A stretch of 62,873 nucleotides of DNA, the filler included, from Hausera hauseri (taxonomy: Eukaryota), in NCBI GenBank assembly GCA_046269625.1. It is 12 parts of 12 records of this genome, joined end to end, with 100 filler letters (N's around TTAATTAATTAA, not from the genome) between each part and the next. Parts side by side here need not be neighbours in the genome. Positions count along the whole stretch, not along the records: positions 35,638 to 40,406 come from JBJURY010442579.1; positions 40,507 to 45,740 come from JBJURY010302389.1; positions 45,841 to 49,834 come from JBJURY010833193.1; positions 49,935 to 53,880 come from JBJURY010867073.1; 8 more parts are not named here. One strand, 5' to 3'. Shown piece by piece: positions 38,701 through 50,167 of this stretch. The notes beneath the pieces were generated by a model. It ran no database searches, was not told the origin of the DNA, and worked only from the letters and a program-made list of their open reading frames with translations. A program made the position numbers and the translations under genes. Position 1 is the first letter of the stretch, and each line of letters begins with the position of its first letter.

Positions 38701-40406
38701 GACATCTGTTCCGGACATCGAGATACGCTAACAGACGCAATAAAATTCTTGCACAAACCACAAGAATGGATGACCGGATTAGACCAGAATTTCCATACCA
38801 AGTTGACAAAAATAAGAGACGACCCACATTTTAGCTTTCAGGAATACAAGTTCGTAAAGAAATTGCAATGGACCCCGACTCAAAAGTTATAAACGAGATG
38901 TACGAATTAGTCTCTATTGGTAGAAATGGCGGAGATTAGTGACGAGAGGATGAGGCAATTGATGCCCAAGTTACAGAAAGTAGAAGAAACATGTATTAAA
39001 ACAAAACAAAGAGCAACAAGGTTGGACGAACCAACGAAAGAGCTTGAAGTTTATCGGAACAAATATGCTTTTACTGAGTCAGAGATCAAAAATAAACGAG
39101 AATTTGTGCAAAGATGGCAAAGAGATGTAATTATTGAACTGATTATCACCAAAAGGGATTCATCGATTCTAATGAATTAAGCGAATTACTGAAAAAGATT
39201 GAGTATGCTTGTGGGAACGGAATAGGTTTCCGAACTACGCAAATGAAAGAAATGCAACCAAGATTGAAAGAAATTCGAGAAAATGTGCAAAAAACAAACA
39301 GCCCTAGTAGACTATGGACTTCCAGATATTGAAAACGAACCAGAATGGGATGCTTATTTAGAAGAAATAGTAGCCGAAAGCCCGGTGACTCCAGTACACC
39401 TCGATGAAATACAAACGTATCCGCAGAACAGGAAATTCAATGTAGAGATGATCCTAGACTCAGCATTAACCGAGAAGGACCTGATGGAATCAATTAAGGT
39501 GAATATGACTGAAAATAAGCTCAAACAACTTATTCCGACCTTGACTAAACTATCTCGCGAGAATACGATTTACAGCACGGTGCCGAAACTTCTGATAAAA
39601 AAGTATGCAGACATTTTGAAGACTAAACGCGAGGTAATGATGAAAATAATTATATCATCCGGGTGGATGTAAGAAAAATAATGTAAATTAACTACTCATT
39701 CCTACGTAAAGGACGTAAGAGAATGGTTACTAAATAATGCGGAACAAATGAGCTAAATTACAGATTTTACTTTATAGGAAGAATACTCGACGATTTAGAA
39801 CAACTAATAGACGTCGGAATCATACCTGGCGAAATAAATCGGATAGTAGTAATAATAGCCAATGAACAGACAAAGGAAGAAGCCACACGTAAAGCTAAAA
39901 CGGACCAATGTGTAGGACAAATCATGGGAGTACGAGATGCAGCAATGTACTTCGAATACTTACAGACGGATGAAGACAAAGAACAATATGAAAAGAATCT
40001 AGTACTGATAAGTGGAATGCCAGCCAATGCTCCGAGACCAAAACGCCCAGTCGGCAAACCTAGAAAGCCCCGAGAAGAAATTGACTATAATGGAGAACTG
40101 ATTAGAGAATTAAGACAAATGTCGATTTCTACTCTTAGTACAGATAATGAAGAATTAAGCGAGTTAATGAAAAATTTAATACGTATCGTAAATTATTCGA
40201 GTCTCCGTGGAGATACATTAGACGAGAAAGAAAAGGCAATATTTAACGCAGCTAGAACAATGAGAAGTTCGCGTGTCAAACTGTCAAAAAGTAGCCTAAC
40301 TGACGACGCAATAATCGAGAAGATCATGGTGGAGAATACGATAGAACAGCTGAGAAAAGTATTATTGTACTTGGCAATTAAGACAAATCCTAATCGAGAA
40401 AATGAA
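35754..40406 (+). mobile_element. Giant LTR-type retroelement, copy 2: Gag capsid, N/D/R-rich linker, CCHC knuckle and long non-pol polyprotein (more decayed)
   Basis: Capsid-like LPAYDGDPDRLNDFL...LYLKNLAADAY...W..L..AL...QQKGESVTQF...L (major-homology-like motif). Knuckle CFTCGKEGHIARSC at ~36757. Colinear with 14929-19007 throughout. Confidence 0.82.
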
Positions 40407-40506
40407 NNNNNNNNNNNNNNNNNNNNNNNNNNNNNNNNNNNNNNNNNNNNTTAATTAATTAANNNNNNNNNNNNNNNNNNNNNNNNNNNNNNNNNNNNNN
40501 NNNNNN

Positions 40507-43500
40507 ATTCGGTATATTATTCGTTTTGATATGTATCTCAAACGTGATACTTCTAATCGCATACATTCGTCCCAACTACCCCTCTATATCTCACTCCCAC
40601 GGGCCAAATTGAGTTTGATCTCGCCTCCAATTACAAGCACTACTATTCCACCTACAACTAAGACAGATATGCATTCGTTAATCACCAGGCCTATCACCTT
40701 TAAGGGTAGGGGAAAATCACAGAGTCAACATAAGACAATAATAATGAATCCGCACAAATCACAAAAATCACAGAACCAAGACAAGCCAACAACAGAGAGC
40801 CCACGCAAATCAAAAACAGAGAATCAACACAAGCCAGAAGGAAAACTTATACTAGAATTACAAGACAAAGATCAAAGAGTGTTGCAGAAGTCGAAGATAA
40901 ATAAACACATATTTTATGGGACACTCATGAAAGAGTTTCCGATGAAAGTCAGGTTAACACCATATGTAAATCGAATCGAAATTATACTTTCACAAAATTC
41001 AAATAACCAGAGTATCGTGATATCATGTACAGGTACTCATGAGAAGACCAGTTTTACTTATAATATGAACGAACGAAATTTTTGTGAAAAATTGACCCCA
41101 GACACGAACTACTTAGTGAACATAAAAACTCATGATAATTCAAAACTCCTGGCTATAAAGACTTTGCCTGCAACGGATAAATACAGAAACATACGCTATC
41201 ATGAGGAGGACGAAGAATGGCAGAAAACTACGCCTGCACCAATAATGACGGAAATATATTTTACGCAATATTGGTGGATATTCCTCATCTTGCTAGCATC
41301 GGGAATCATCATTGGATTGTTAGTTGTTTTTGGACATAAAGTTAACTGTAAGAAGAAGGAACCTTATGGATCTCAGTATTCGATAATTCGAAATAATGGA
41401 GCATACACCGTACAAGACCCATTATTTACTTTAATTGGTAAAACGGAAATAAATGAGAGACAAATTATGACCATCAATGAGGTCACAGTAGCTGATCCCA
41501 ATGAGAATACACAAAGTGTATTTTGTTTCATGCCAATTTTACTAATATGGATCAAAACAAATATGGACTTAAGTTATTTGCTAGAATTAGACACTATGTT
41601 TGTAGCTGTTGTCTTTACATTCGTAGGGCCAATCACATTGGCATATACAATCCACAAATTATTAGCCAATGAGGAGATTGTAAGCAAGAATCTTAGAAAC
41701 TTGATTAATTGGCCAATCAGATTCAACTTAATTGATTATAAAAGCAATATGCAACGTCAGAAAGTTGCACAAAAACTCATGTCAAAATACTTAAACAAAC
41801 ATGCTCCGGAATCCGGAAGCAGTCGAACAGTGAAGATAACCCCGAAATTCGGAGGAAAGGAAATTTTCAAAATTCCTGAAGGAATTCCAATACAGAAGTT
41901 GGAAGAAAAGAAGGTTATAGTTAAACTCAGTACAGCAGAAAATACTATGACCTATTCCTTTTACGACAAAATTCTGGCATATTTAGATTATTCAATGGAC
42001 AGGATTAATGAAGTTAACAGAATACCCAACAATTTGAAGTATGGCGAACAAAGAAACCGGGAAGTTCTCCCCTTCAAAATATTTAACTCAGAGACCACAT
42101 TCAGATTTCCAGCATGGACAGATGAGAACATCGGAATCACGGTACATCTAGCGATCGGAAAAGTTATGTTAATATTCAGAGGGCTAAAAGGACGCCAAAA
42201 CAGCTTAGAAACAATTAACGGACAGGAATCATACCAAATTAATTTTCAAGTAGATCCAAAGAATACTAGGATCATAGCCAAGGAACTAATGAACTTCGGT
42301 ATGATTGAAATTATAAGAAAGGAAAAACCAACACCGATTTTGCTACCGCTACGATACAAGATTGAACCTTCGGACAAAGATCTAATAGGAGAACCGAATA
42401 TTATGTACACAAATAAATCAGTAAGTATTAGATACCTAGCCATTTCATTTGCCTATGGAAAGAAATCGGATGGAACACAAGTCCCTCTACCAGTAGAAGT
42501 AGCAATTGCTGAGAAAAATGGAGAAATTATTTTTAACAGAATCATCGCTCCACGCAGGAATATTCATAACCTGAACAGCATCAGACACTCGATAAAATGG
42601 GAACAGATAGAGTCTGGAATAGACTCACATGAGGTACAAAGTGAGATAAAAAAGTATATACTTGGATTCAAGATAATTGCTCTGGAAGCTTATAAAACGT
42701 TTAAGGCGATGAAAATTCCTTTAAATTGGACCTGTGCTGTCTTCGACCCACTCAAATGCGCGGAAAATTCAATGGACAAGAGGATTAACACGATAAACCA
42801 AATGATACTGCACCTCAAGTTGAATAGATTTCCTAGCACTACTATTGGGAGATTGCAACTCACGATGGAGGCACATAAACAACTCATAGAAACTTATGAA
42901 TGGATGCCTCCTGACCTCCATAGCAATGTTACTGACGTTGGAGATATATTAAATAGAGAGGCTAAATACTTGGGCGAGCTGCAATGGAAATATGATGTTC
43001 AGGCAACCATACAAAAGGGATGCGAAGTGGAGACGATACAACAACAATTATCAAATGATGAAGAGGAATTCGAAGTAATGGAGTGTGAAATTCTCGAGCC
43101 AATGTTCAATGAAGAAAATGAAATTTTATCAAAGCAGGAAGAAAAGAAAGAATTAAAAAATACTTCCACACAAACCCACCAAATGAGTAGCAACGACTTA
43201 ATGAAAGCTTTATTGCATTCTCTAACAGAATCAACCTCAGAAAAAGCAAGAGTGAATGGGCTATTTCTAGCTATATTGGGTAATGGATTGTTAATTCCGA
43301 TAGTATTGGACGAGATCATCGAAGACAAGTACGTCTCATCTCAAATAGGTATCCGTCATAAACAAATCACCGATTGGGAATCGATCGGAAATCAACTGAT
43401 AGCAGCCCAGTACACCAAAATAGTAGAAGATAAGAAATTACTTATCCCATACAGAAAATTCTCAGATATAATAGAACTTCATATAGAAATGAATCCCGAG

Positions 43501-43986
43501 CGAGCATCAAATATTCCCGAATTTAAAAGCCAGGTGGTGGTCCCAGCACAAATAGTTACCAATTTGGTAGCAAGAAGCAGCGCTCACAAGTTAACAGGTC
43601 TATTAGCAGTTCGACAAAACAAAACTGTGTGGATCCCTATCAGAGACGTAGATACAGAAAACCATGATGACACCATTTATACCTGGTTTAAAGAAGACGA
43701 ATATGAATTTCATTTTGGAAGAACAAAAGAGACTTTACCATCACGGAAGAGAGCCAGAATAGAAGGAACACATACCGAAGAAGTTTTAGTGCGGATAAAA
43801 AACAAGTTGAGAGCGAAATCCTCAGATATACAGAAAGAGAAAGCCATTACTCCCAGTTCAGGAGATATTCGAGAAGTAAGTTTATTCAAGAAAGCAATTG
43901 AAAGAAATAATTCGATCAATGAGAAAGAAACCCAGGAGAAAACTGAAACAGAAAAGGGACTATCTACTAATTATGACACTATTTGA
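40507..43986 (+). CDS. 5'-truncated, otherwise intact >1150-aa membrane polyprotein: FN3-like domain, transmembrane helices, inactive DEDDh (REXO4/ISG20-like) exonuclease domain; probable env/accessory ORF of an LTR element
   Basis: Frame is open from the contig start and has no introns. LTPDTNYLVNIKT...IKTLP (FN3-like); YWWIFLILLASGIIIGLLVVFG (TM); YLAISFAYG...VEVAIAEKNGEIIFNRIIAP...SI..EQIE....EVQSEIKKYILG.KII (DEDDh pattern without catalytic D/E). Followed by a PPT and LTR. Confidence 0.75.
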   Translation: MRYIIRFDMYLKRDTSNRIHSSQLPLYISLPRAKLSLISPPITSTTIPPTTKTDMHSLITRPITFKGRGKSQSQHKTIIMNPHKSQKSQNQDKPTTESPRKSKTENQHKPEGKLILELQDKDQRVLQKSKINKHIFYGTLMKEFPMKVRLTPYVNRIEIILSQNSNNQSIVISCTGTHEKTSFTYNMNERNFCEKLTPDTNYLVNIKTHDNSKLLAIKTLPATDKYRNIRYHEEDEEWQKTTPAPIMTEIYFTQYWWIFLILLASGIIIGLLVVFGHKVNCKKKEPYGSQYSIIRNNGAYTVQDPLFTLIGKTEINERQIMTINEVTVADPNENTQSVFCFMPILLIWIKTNMDLSYLLELDTMFVAVVFTFVGPITLAYTIHKLLANEEIVSKNLRNLINWPIRFNLIDYKSNMQRQKVAQKLMSKYLNKHAPESGSSRTVKITPKFGGKEIFKIPEGIPIQKLEEKKVIVKLSTAENTMTYSFYDKILAYLDYSMDRINEVNRIPNNLKYGEQRNREVLPFKIFNSETTFRFPAWTDENIGITVHLAIGKVMLIFRGLKGRQNSLETINGQESYQINFQVDPKNTRIIAKELMNFGMIEIIRKEKPTPILLPLRYKIEPSDKDLIGEPNIMYTNKSVSIRYLAISFAYGKKSDGTQVPLPVEVAIAEKNGEIIFNRIIAPRRNIHNLNSIRHSIKWEQIESGIDSHEVQSEIKKYILGFKIIALEAYKTFKAMKIPLNWTCAVFDPLKCAENSMDKRINTINQMILHLKLNRFPSTTIGRLQLTMEAHKQLIETYEWMPPDLHSNVTDVGDILNREAKYLGELQWKYDVQATIQKGCEVETIQQQLSNDEEEFEVMECEILEPMFNEENEILSKQEEKKELKNTSTQTHQMSSNDLMKALLHSLTESTSEKARVNGLFLAILGNGLLIPIVLDEIIEDKYVSSQIGIRHKQITDWESIGNQLIAAQYTKIVEDKKLLIPYRKFSDIIELHIEMNPERASNIPEFKSQVVVPAQIVTNLVARSSAHKLTGLLAVRQNKTVWIPIRDVDTENHDDTIYTWFKEDEYEFHFGRTKETLPSRKRARIEGTHTEEVLVRIKNKLRAKSSDIQKEKAITPSSGDIREVSLFKKAIERNNSINEKETQEKTETEKGLSTNYDTI

Positions 43987-44141
43987 CATTTGTATTCTGA
44001 CAAAACTCTATACATATTGTGATTATCTTCTGCTTACTTAATGTATTCCTTCCTTTTTATTTTTTAGACGCGTATGTACAGTTTTTATTCGCGTGTATTA
44101 TTCTTATTAATTAATTAAAATTATCATTATAACACTTGTTT

Positions 44142-44580
44142 AAGGGTAAGGGAATGTTAGTAATTAACTATTTTATAAATGATAGTAATTGACTATTTTA
44201 TAAATGAAGAAATTCTGTAAATAAATTTTAATAAATTTTATAAATAAGAAATAACTAAATAACATAACTCTGAAGGATAATGAATTAACGCCAATTGATT
44301 AATAGTAACTAAAATCAGTAGTCTTGTTTTAATCAGCTATTTCACACACTGTCTCAGATCATGCTCGGCCTTGTGTCTGATTGGTCTGAGATAGTTATAT
44401 AAACCAACGCTAAATTCATTCAATTCGAACATTTTTTCCCGGTAATCCGGAGAAGCTAAAACTTATATACTGTCCAGTGCAAGTTATAAGTTGAATTGTA
44501 GCTAGTAACTTATATACTGTCTAGTGCAAGTTATAAGTAAAATTCAAGTTATCTAAAAGATAAGACAGAACGTCATTATA
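44142..44580 (+). mobile_element. Polypurine tract and 3' LTR (right boundary approximate)
   Basis: AAGGGTAAGGGAA (44142-44154) is immediately followed by TGTTAG. Internal ~25-bp tandem duplication at 44158-44208, TATATAAA at ~44396, and ~31-bp direct repeats at 44461 and 44508. Confidence 0.6.
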
Positions 44581-46140
44581 TACTGAAATTTGGTAATATT
44601 GAATTGGAACTGTTTTTGTTATTGATATTTTTTATATACCCACCTTAAAAAAGCCTTTGTAAATACTTTTGTTTCTGTTCCAATGCAGAAATATTTTTAA
44701 AAAATGCATTTATGATGGATTGATTGTATACACATTTTCTCTCATTTATTTCCTAATATAACAGCCTGCCTCCGCCGCCATAATCGTCATGGTAAAACAC
44801 GATACGTTTTTCCAATCTTCTTAATGTCAGGCAACCCTTAAGCTCATGATAATCCGAGACAGTTCTTTCCCGGCGTTTGGTATTAAACATAAAAGTAAGT
44901 CACGAGGTAAGATGTTGCATAGTAACACCAGTAATCCTTATTGAAATTATGTAGTTTTTTCAAAGAGATGAGTTAATTTTAAACAATTTCAACTTAACTT
45001 ATTCGTAGTTTCAGTATTACGCAGATAACGAGCTCTCCCCCAAAAATATTATCTGGGTACGCCACTGAATGTAAGTCGTATTTCAAATATTCACGAATAA
45101 TGTATCTTTCCAGCTTTAGAAATATAGCAGCCGAAAAAAAAAAATCACAAATTTAAGAAACTACCCTATCTTTCTTCGCCTTGCACTCTGAGATTTGAAA
45201 ACTGATGCATGATGAAATCAGAATAAAATTATCCAAATTATACTATTCAAAATCATTACAAACATAGACTGCACTTCCCAAAGCAAATATTGGGGATGGT
45301 AATTTGAATTAGGAAATGATTTTTGATTCGTCATATAACAGTCATATATATAAAAAAAATCAGTCTGTTGTTAATGTTTTAACTCCTTCACTGAGTGGTT
45401 AACTCTTCGGGATGAGCCATGAAAAGGGCTGTTATAGCCTTAAGAAGGGCTAGTGGAGCGTGTAGCTGAGCTTTCCTGCTGTCCCGGCGGTGTCTAGGAG
45501 GTGCTCCAGGTGGTAGTGCAATGCTTGACCTCCTAGAAATGATCCAACACTCAATCGGGGACAAGCTCGAGGCTCTGCCATTTGCCACAGCCTAAAAACA
45601 ATATGTGGTAGATTATCAATGTTGTAACCCTGACTTAACTCAGGTCTTGAAGCCTGGACATGATCCAAATAAAAAAATAATCTGGGAAACACTGGTCCAA
45701 GGTCAGGTGTACACCACAACTGTACACTGACTGATGTCCGNNNNNNNNNNNNNNNNNNNNNNNNNNNNNNNNNNNNNNNNNNNNTTAATTAATTAANNNN
45801 NNNNNNNNNNNNNNNNNNNNNNNNNNNNNNNNNNNNNNNNTACTGAAAAAGTGCCGAACATCCTAATTGTCGTTCAAAAATAGTTTCATATTAATTTGAA
45901 AAATCTCAAAACTCACTAGATGTAATAAGCTGCTCAAATAATTCATAATTTTGAAAGTCCTGATACTGTAATTTTCATTTTAATTTTACATTTTTAAAAA
46001 GTATATTCAAATTATTTCAATCATTTGCCATTACAACGCAAATCAAACCGTAAAATTACACTACCATTTTAATCCATCTAACCAAATTAAAGGTGCAATA
46101 TTACAGAAACAAATTCCTAATAAATAAGATTATTCCAAAC

Positions 46141-46724
46141 CTGCCGGTAATATCGCCTGCGTAAAATATCTCGACCATTATCCAATCTATCGGAAACAGC
46201 AGCACCATATAACTCCAAACTAGCAGTATACACAACCAATTCATACCACTGACTAACCTAATCAACATCATTATTAATGCGAAAAATGATAAATAACAAA
46301 CAATATCGAGAAAATAATCAACATGCGGCCGTTTGTATACAAAAAATCGGACAGGATGACGGTCAATTTCAACCCTTAAAACAAAATCTGGTGGAGTTCC
46401 AGGTTTGACTGTTGGTCGTACCATTCCATCTAATACTGAATGGATTAATGTTTCATCAAGATCTAGAACTAATATTTTCCTCCGAACGGCACCTCAATTT
46501 AAACTTTACACTACAAAACAAATGCATTTATTGAAATACTTAATCTGTACCGGGAAACTGGAGAAAGTGGCACAATTTCATATTTTATACACTGATAATG
46601 AGCAGCCTACTATTCAAATTACCAATGTAAAAATTTTGAAAACCGTAAATACCTTACGATAAACCCGATTATATTCTGCAAATAAGAAATTATATAATTT
46701 AACGGTCGATATAAAAATTTCCAT
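46141..46724 (-). CDS. CTDNEP1: CTD nuclear envelope phosphatase 1 (Dullard), 5' exons
   Basis: Exons 46540-46606, 46302-46492 and 46141-46257 splice in frame to [33 protein letters not shown]...PGTPPDF...[27 protein letters not shown]...RRYYRQ (HAD DxDxT motif). Introns are 47 and 44 nt. Confidence 0.95.
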
Positions 46725-47392
46725 TATGAATAATAGTATTTTACAGAGAGCTCGGCTTAACATCGTCACATTTCAAAGTACTGTTCAGATGTTAGCCACA
46801 GTAAAAATCTGGATTGATAACAACATTTAAACAATCGCAGTAGAAGTAAAATCAATTTGATATACTATTCAAACTATCATGAAATTTCACTAAAATCAAT
46901 ATATAATTAGTCAATATGTAAGATAAAATGGTGTAATTTCGTGACGTAGTAAACTACACATTTTCCCAAAAATTGCTTGTAATAAGAAAAATTAATCTAA
47001 TCCAGTATTGTCTAATCCGTTAATTCGTTTAATACGAATTAATCCAAGTCTCCTTTTTAACTGTTATTGAAATTACTGAGTCGGATTTCTTGTAATCCGA
47101 CATTACCTAATTATTATTATATAATACGATAATTTGTGAAATACGGTGAAAATTTTAGGTCCAATTTGAATTTTTATTCGATTTATCCGTCTTTCAAAGG
47201 AACTGTAGTTGTAGTGACCAATTTCCAATCGTGAAAATATTCATATACGTAGATAATGTCATTTGAATTTCATATCTGCAATCTGAAAATGCTAGAGATT
47301 TTAGTAGTAAAAATAGCTAAACAGTCATGACCAATGAACAAATTTGTATCCTTGTTACTGAACTTTAACTCATTGACGTTTATCCTTTAGCA

Positions 47393-49008
47393 ATGGTAGG
47401 CGATAGGGACGTCTTAAAACGTCCTTCATTGTATGTATGTATACACCATAATAATTTATATTTGTATTTGTTTTGTAGGAATTTAATGTTTAAATTTTTA
47501 AAATTCAATAAGTCTACAAATATGGATCCTGACGTCTGGAAAGAAGTAAGCCCTAACTACACTGCATTAAGATGTAGCTTCACCGGGGATACAGGCATCA
47601 ATAGAGCTTACGGACTCACACCTGAATCTACTCCAATGGATATTGTTAGTGCATTTATTTCTCGACAGGTATTTCAAATTATGACACTTGAAACGAACAG
47701 ATATGCTTAAAAATGCATGTCGTCAAATGTTTTAAAAAGCATAGCAAAGTTCAGTGTTGGGAAGTCACAAACACAAGTGAAGTGAAGAAATTTTTGGGTT
47801 TGGTCAAAAAGACATCCACTGGTCCACAGACCCAATACTTGCAATGCCTGTTGTCAACAGTACCGGTTTTGAGTTCTGACAGTTTTGAGTTGTTGAAGTT
47901 TTGGCACTTGGCTGTTGATGGAAACAGGCTGCACAAATTGAAATTGATTTGTGACACATTGCTTGCGGCATTCCAAAATGTGTATTATCCCAGCAAACAG
48001 GTACGAATTGATAAAGCTACGGTTCTGTGGCGTGGAAAGCTTGTATTTAAGCAGTACATTCCTGGAAAAAGACACAAATATAGAGTCAAGCTGTATTTGT
48101 TGTGTGAACTAAGTGGCTATATGTCGAATGTAATGGTTAACTGAGGAAAGTCTGGCTTAGTTTCAGGATTGGATCATTCCGAGGCAGTAGTTATAAAGCT
48201 GATGAATAATTTGAATAAGCTGATGTATAAAGGCCATGAACTTTATGTGGACAATTTCTACACCGGTGTTCCATTGGCTCAAGAACTGTTGAAGCGCAAA
48301 AACGCAGTTACGTGGAACACTTCGTAAAAACAGAAAACACTTGCCATCGGCAATTGTATCTGCAAAACTGCAGAAAGGACGTTGTGTAAGCCGATGCAAT
48401 GGTCCAGTAGTTGTGGTCAAGAGGAGAGACAACAGAGACGTTGGGATTCTGTCTACTTGCCACACAGGTAGGCTGATGTCATGGCGCAAATCAAATTATC
48501 TAGATGAACAAGTCCAGAAACCATATGCCATATTGGATTACAACATGAACATATGTGACGTAGACCACACAGATCAGCTGACATCATACTATTCATCACT
48601 TCGCCAGTCACTGCTTTGGTACAAAAAATCGTTCTGCATTTCCTGGACATGGCCATGACCAATGCCTACCTGCTGCACAAGAAGCTTCGTGGCAATCGAC
48701 AGCAGGTATGGTTTGGAACACAGGTGATACGTCAACTGTTGATATCAGATAACCATCCACCAAAACTGTCACCAGGGACATTATTTCGCCATCACAAGTT
48801 TTCGAATATGTCACGATTGAGCGGACAGCACTTCATCAGTGAAATTCCATCTCTGACTTATAAAGCAAAAACAATGCGCAAATGCGTCGTCTGAAGGAAA
48901 CAAGGTCGGCGCAAGGAGAGGAGATATTTGTGTGAGACTTGTATACTCAGACCGGCATTGTGTGTGACACCTTGCTTCAAAGTTTATCACACAGTCGAGG
49001 ATCACTAG
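47393..49008 (+). pseudogene. piggyBac (PGBD4-like) transposase pseudogene
   Basis: ETNRYA, IDKATVLWRGKLVFKQYIPGKRHKY, LYVDNFYT, GTLRKNR, YNMNICDVDHTDQ, and a C-terminal Cys-rich RKCVV...YLCETC...ALCVTPCFKVYH. Confidence 0.92.
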
Positions 49009-50167
49009 ACGCCGATTGAACATTTTCGAATAACTGTAACAAGCAAATTGTGGACTTGAAATATAGTCCATAATATGGGGAAGGTTGAGAACTGTTGAAT
49101 ACTATGGTTCATACGAAAATCTCGCAAAGTCGATCAGAGACGAGAAAAACGCAAATATGTAATTTCCCATAATTTATCAAATAGCCTCAAATTGCGTATC
49201 ATGGGAGAGGTAGATAAGTGCTGATTATTATGGTGCAAGAATTTCCTTCAGAAAATGGTTGAGGCGCGTGAAAAATGATTGATTATAAAAACTTAAATAT
49301 TGATTTTTCCAAATTTTTCGTTACATATACAAAACGATATTTAAAAAGAAAACTAATAATTTATCCAACTTTGGCTTTGTTTTGCAAAAGTAAATACTAA
49401 TTTATAGTTTCGCGCCCCAAAATTTCCAAATGGACCGTTTATATTATAAGTATTGCATTATTTCAATCACCCGTTGCATGAGTGGTTCCCTGCTGTGAAA
49501 TTTTCAGTGTTTAGAAACGTTCGAAAGTTTTAACATTTAAAATGTTATTAAAAATAAACTTAATTAGATGATATAAACCATGAAAAAATTGAAATCAGAT
49601 TCAACGTGGATTTACCCTTTAACTTCCGCACACCGTTAATAATTCGTTAATATTTACATATCATAACAAACATACAGAACGATGATACTTACCATAAATA
49701 GAACGACGATCGCACAAAACCATTTGAAAAGTCGCTGATAAACATAGTCGTTCAATATGTTCAATCCTTCACTAATTTGGGTTGGGAGAGACTTCTCAAT
49801 AAAGCGTTATTCAAATTAGTGGAGTGAACAAGGTNNNNNNNNNNNNNNNNNNNNNNNNNNNNNNNNNNNNNNNNNNNNTTAATTAATTAANNNNNNNNNN
49901 NNNNNNNNNNNNNNNNNNNNNNNNNNNNNNNNNNATGTATTTATCGTGAACATGGTTCACATTGTGCTTAAGAAAAATGTTTAGCGTTATGTAAAAATTA
50001 TATTGCTACTAAATAAAGGTATTGTAAAATTAGTTGGCATTATCCTATATAATAGTTACTTAGATTTACTTAGCCTTATCCTATATCCAACATTACTTGA
50101 TCAAGGAGACAAAACGATATTTTTATACAGCATTTATTAAACAAAGAATAACAAAGAATAACAATAT

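Noticed and set aside
40407-40506. Direct continuity of the contig 8 polyprotein with the contig 9 ORF
   Set aside because: They are separated by an artificial spacer, and copy 1 shows different sequence continuing past the contig 8 break. Any linkage is only inferred.
44461-44539. Two ~31-bp direct repeats with a short spacer as a CRISPR-like array
   Set aside because: Only two units, in a eukaryotic context, inside a probable LTR where such duplications are common.
49670-49834. Possible mariner transposase remnant (LGWE-like motif)
   Set aside because: Too short and degenerate to support as a feature.
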